In this document: piece by piece, positions 63,973 to 64,000 of the stretch
Layout: every line of letters starts with the position of its first letter
Position numbering within the stretch: the stretch's first letter is position 1
Sequence record: PZ171032.1
DNA: 64,000 nucleotides
Direction: 5' to 3' (one strand)
From: a phage
Program-made: the position numbers and the translations under genes
The notes under the pieces: generated by a model
The model's input: only the letters and a program-made list of their open reading frames with translations
Told to the model about the DNA's origin: nothing
Databases searched by the model: none

Positions 63973-64000
63973 TCTCTCCTCAACAGTATCCCAAGATATC

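Noticed and set aside
1-64000. Integrated prophage or temperate lifestyle (integrase, repressor, att sites)
   Set aside because: No tyrosine or serine recombinase motifs, no CI-like repressor and no flanking host genes recognised; gene content is that of a virulent phage.

Overview
The window reads as a contiguous piece of a virulent tailed dsDNA phage genome, probably infecting a Gram-negative host (consensus sigma70-type promoters TTGACA-N17-TATAAT, AGGAG-type ribosome-binding sites); the exact phage lineage is not determined. No integrase, rRNA, tRNA or CRISPR array was recognised. All functional calls come from reading motifs by eye; no database search or folding was run. Layout: (1) 1-9000, plus strand, about 30 small early genes, including a ribosome hibernation factor (HPF/RaiA) homologue and several paralogous small-gene families. 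(2) 9000-11500, a roughly 2.4 kb non-coding region dense in iteron-like repeats and a long palindrome (candidate origin or regulatory hub). (3) 11500-16000, minus strand, small genes each with its own conserved promoter element. (4) 15930-16940, a second structured non-coding island with tandem promoter-plus-transcript units and direct repeats. (5) 16944-44229, minus strand, the replication and DNA-metabolism module: macro-domain protein, SSB-like protein, family A DNA polymerase split at motif C by a putative group I intron carrying an HNH homing endonuclease, T7 gp4-like primase-helicase, C5 and N6/N4 DNA methyltransferases, Dda/RecD-like helicase, a GHKL-fold ATPase, a signal-peptide SleB-like cell-wall hydrolase and a MoxR-like AAA+ ATPase. 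(6) 44372-51344, plus strand, including a vWA/metallopeptidase-like protein, four tandem paralogous small genes and a HAD-like phosphatase. (7) 51392-63972, minus strand, tail-fibre module: a 1878-aa fibre with a Big_2 domain, a 581-aa fibre or spike, two paralogous ~347-aa fibres and a tail fibre assembly chaperone. Many six-frame track ORFs start at an upstream TTG/GTG; where an in-frame ATG with a good RBS follows, the start was moved (offsets taken from the track protein). Coordinates of promoters, terminators, repeats and sub-60-aa ORFs were indexed by hand and are approximate to a few bases.
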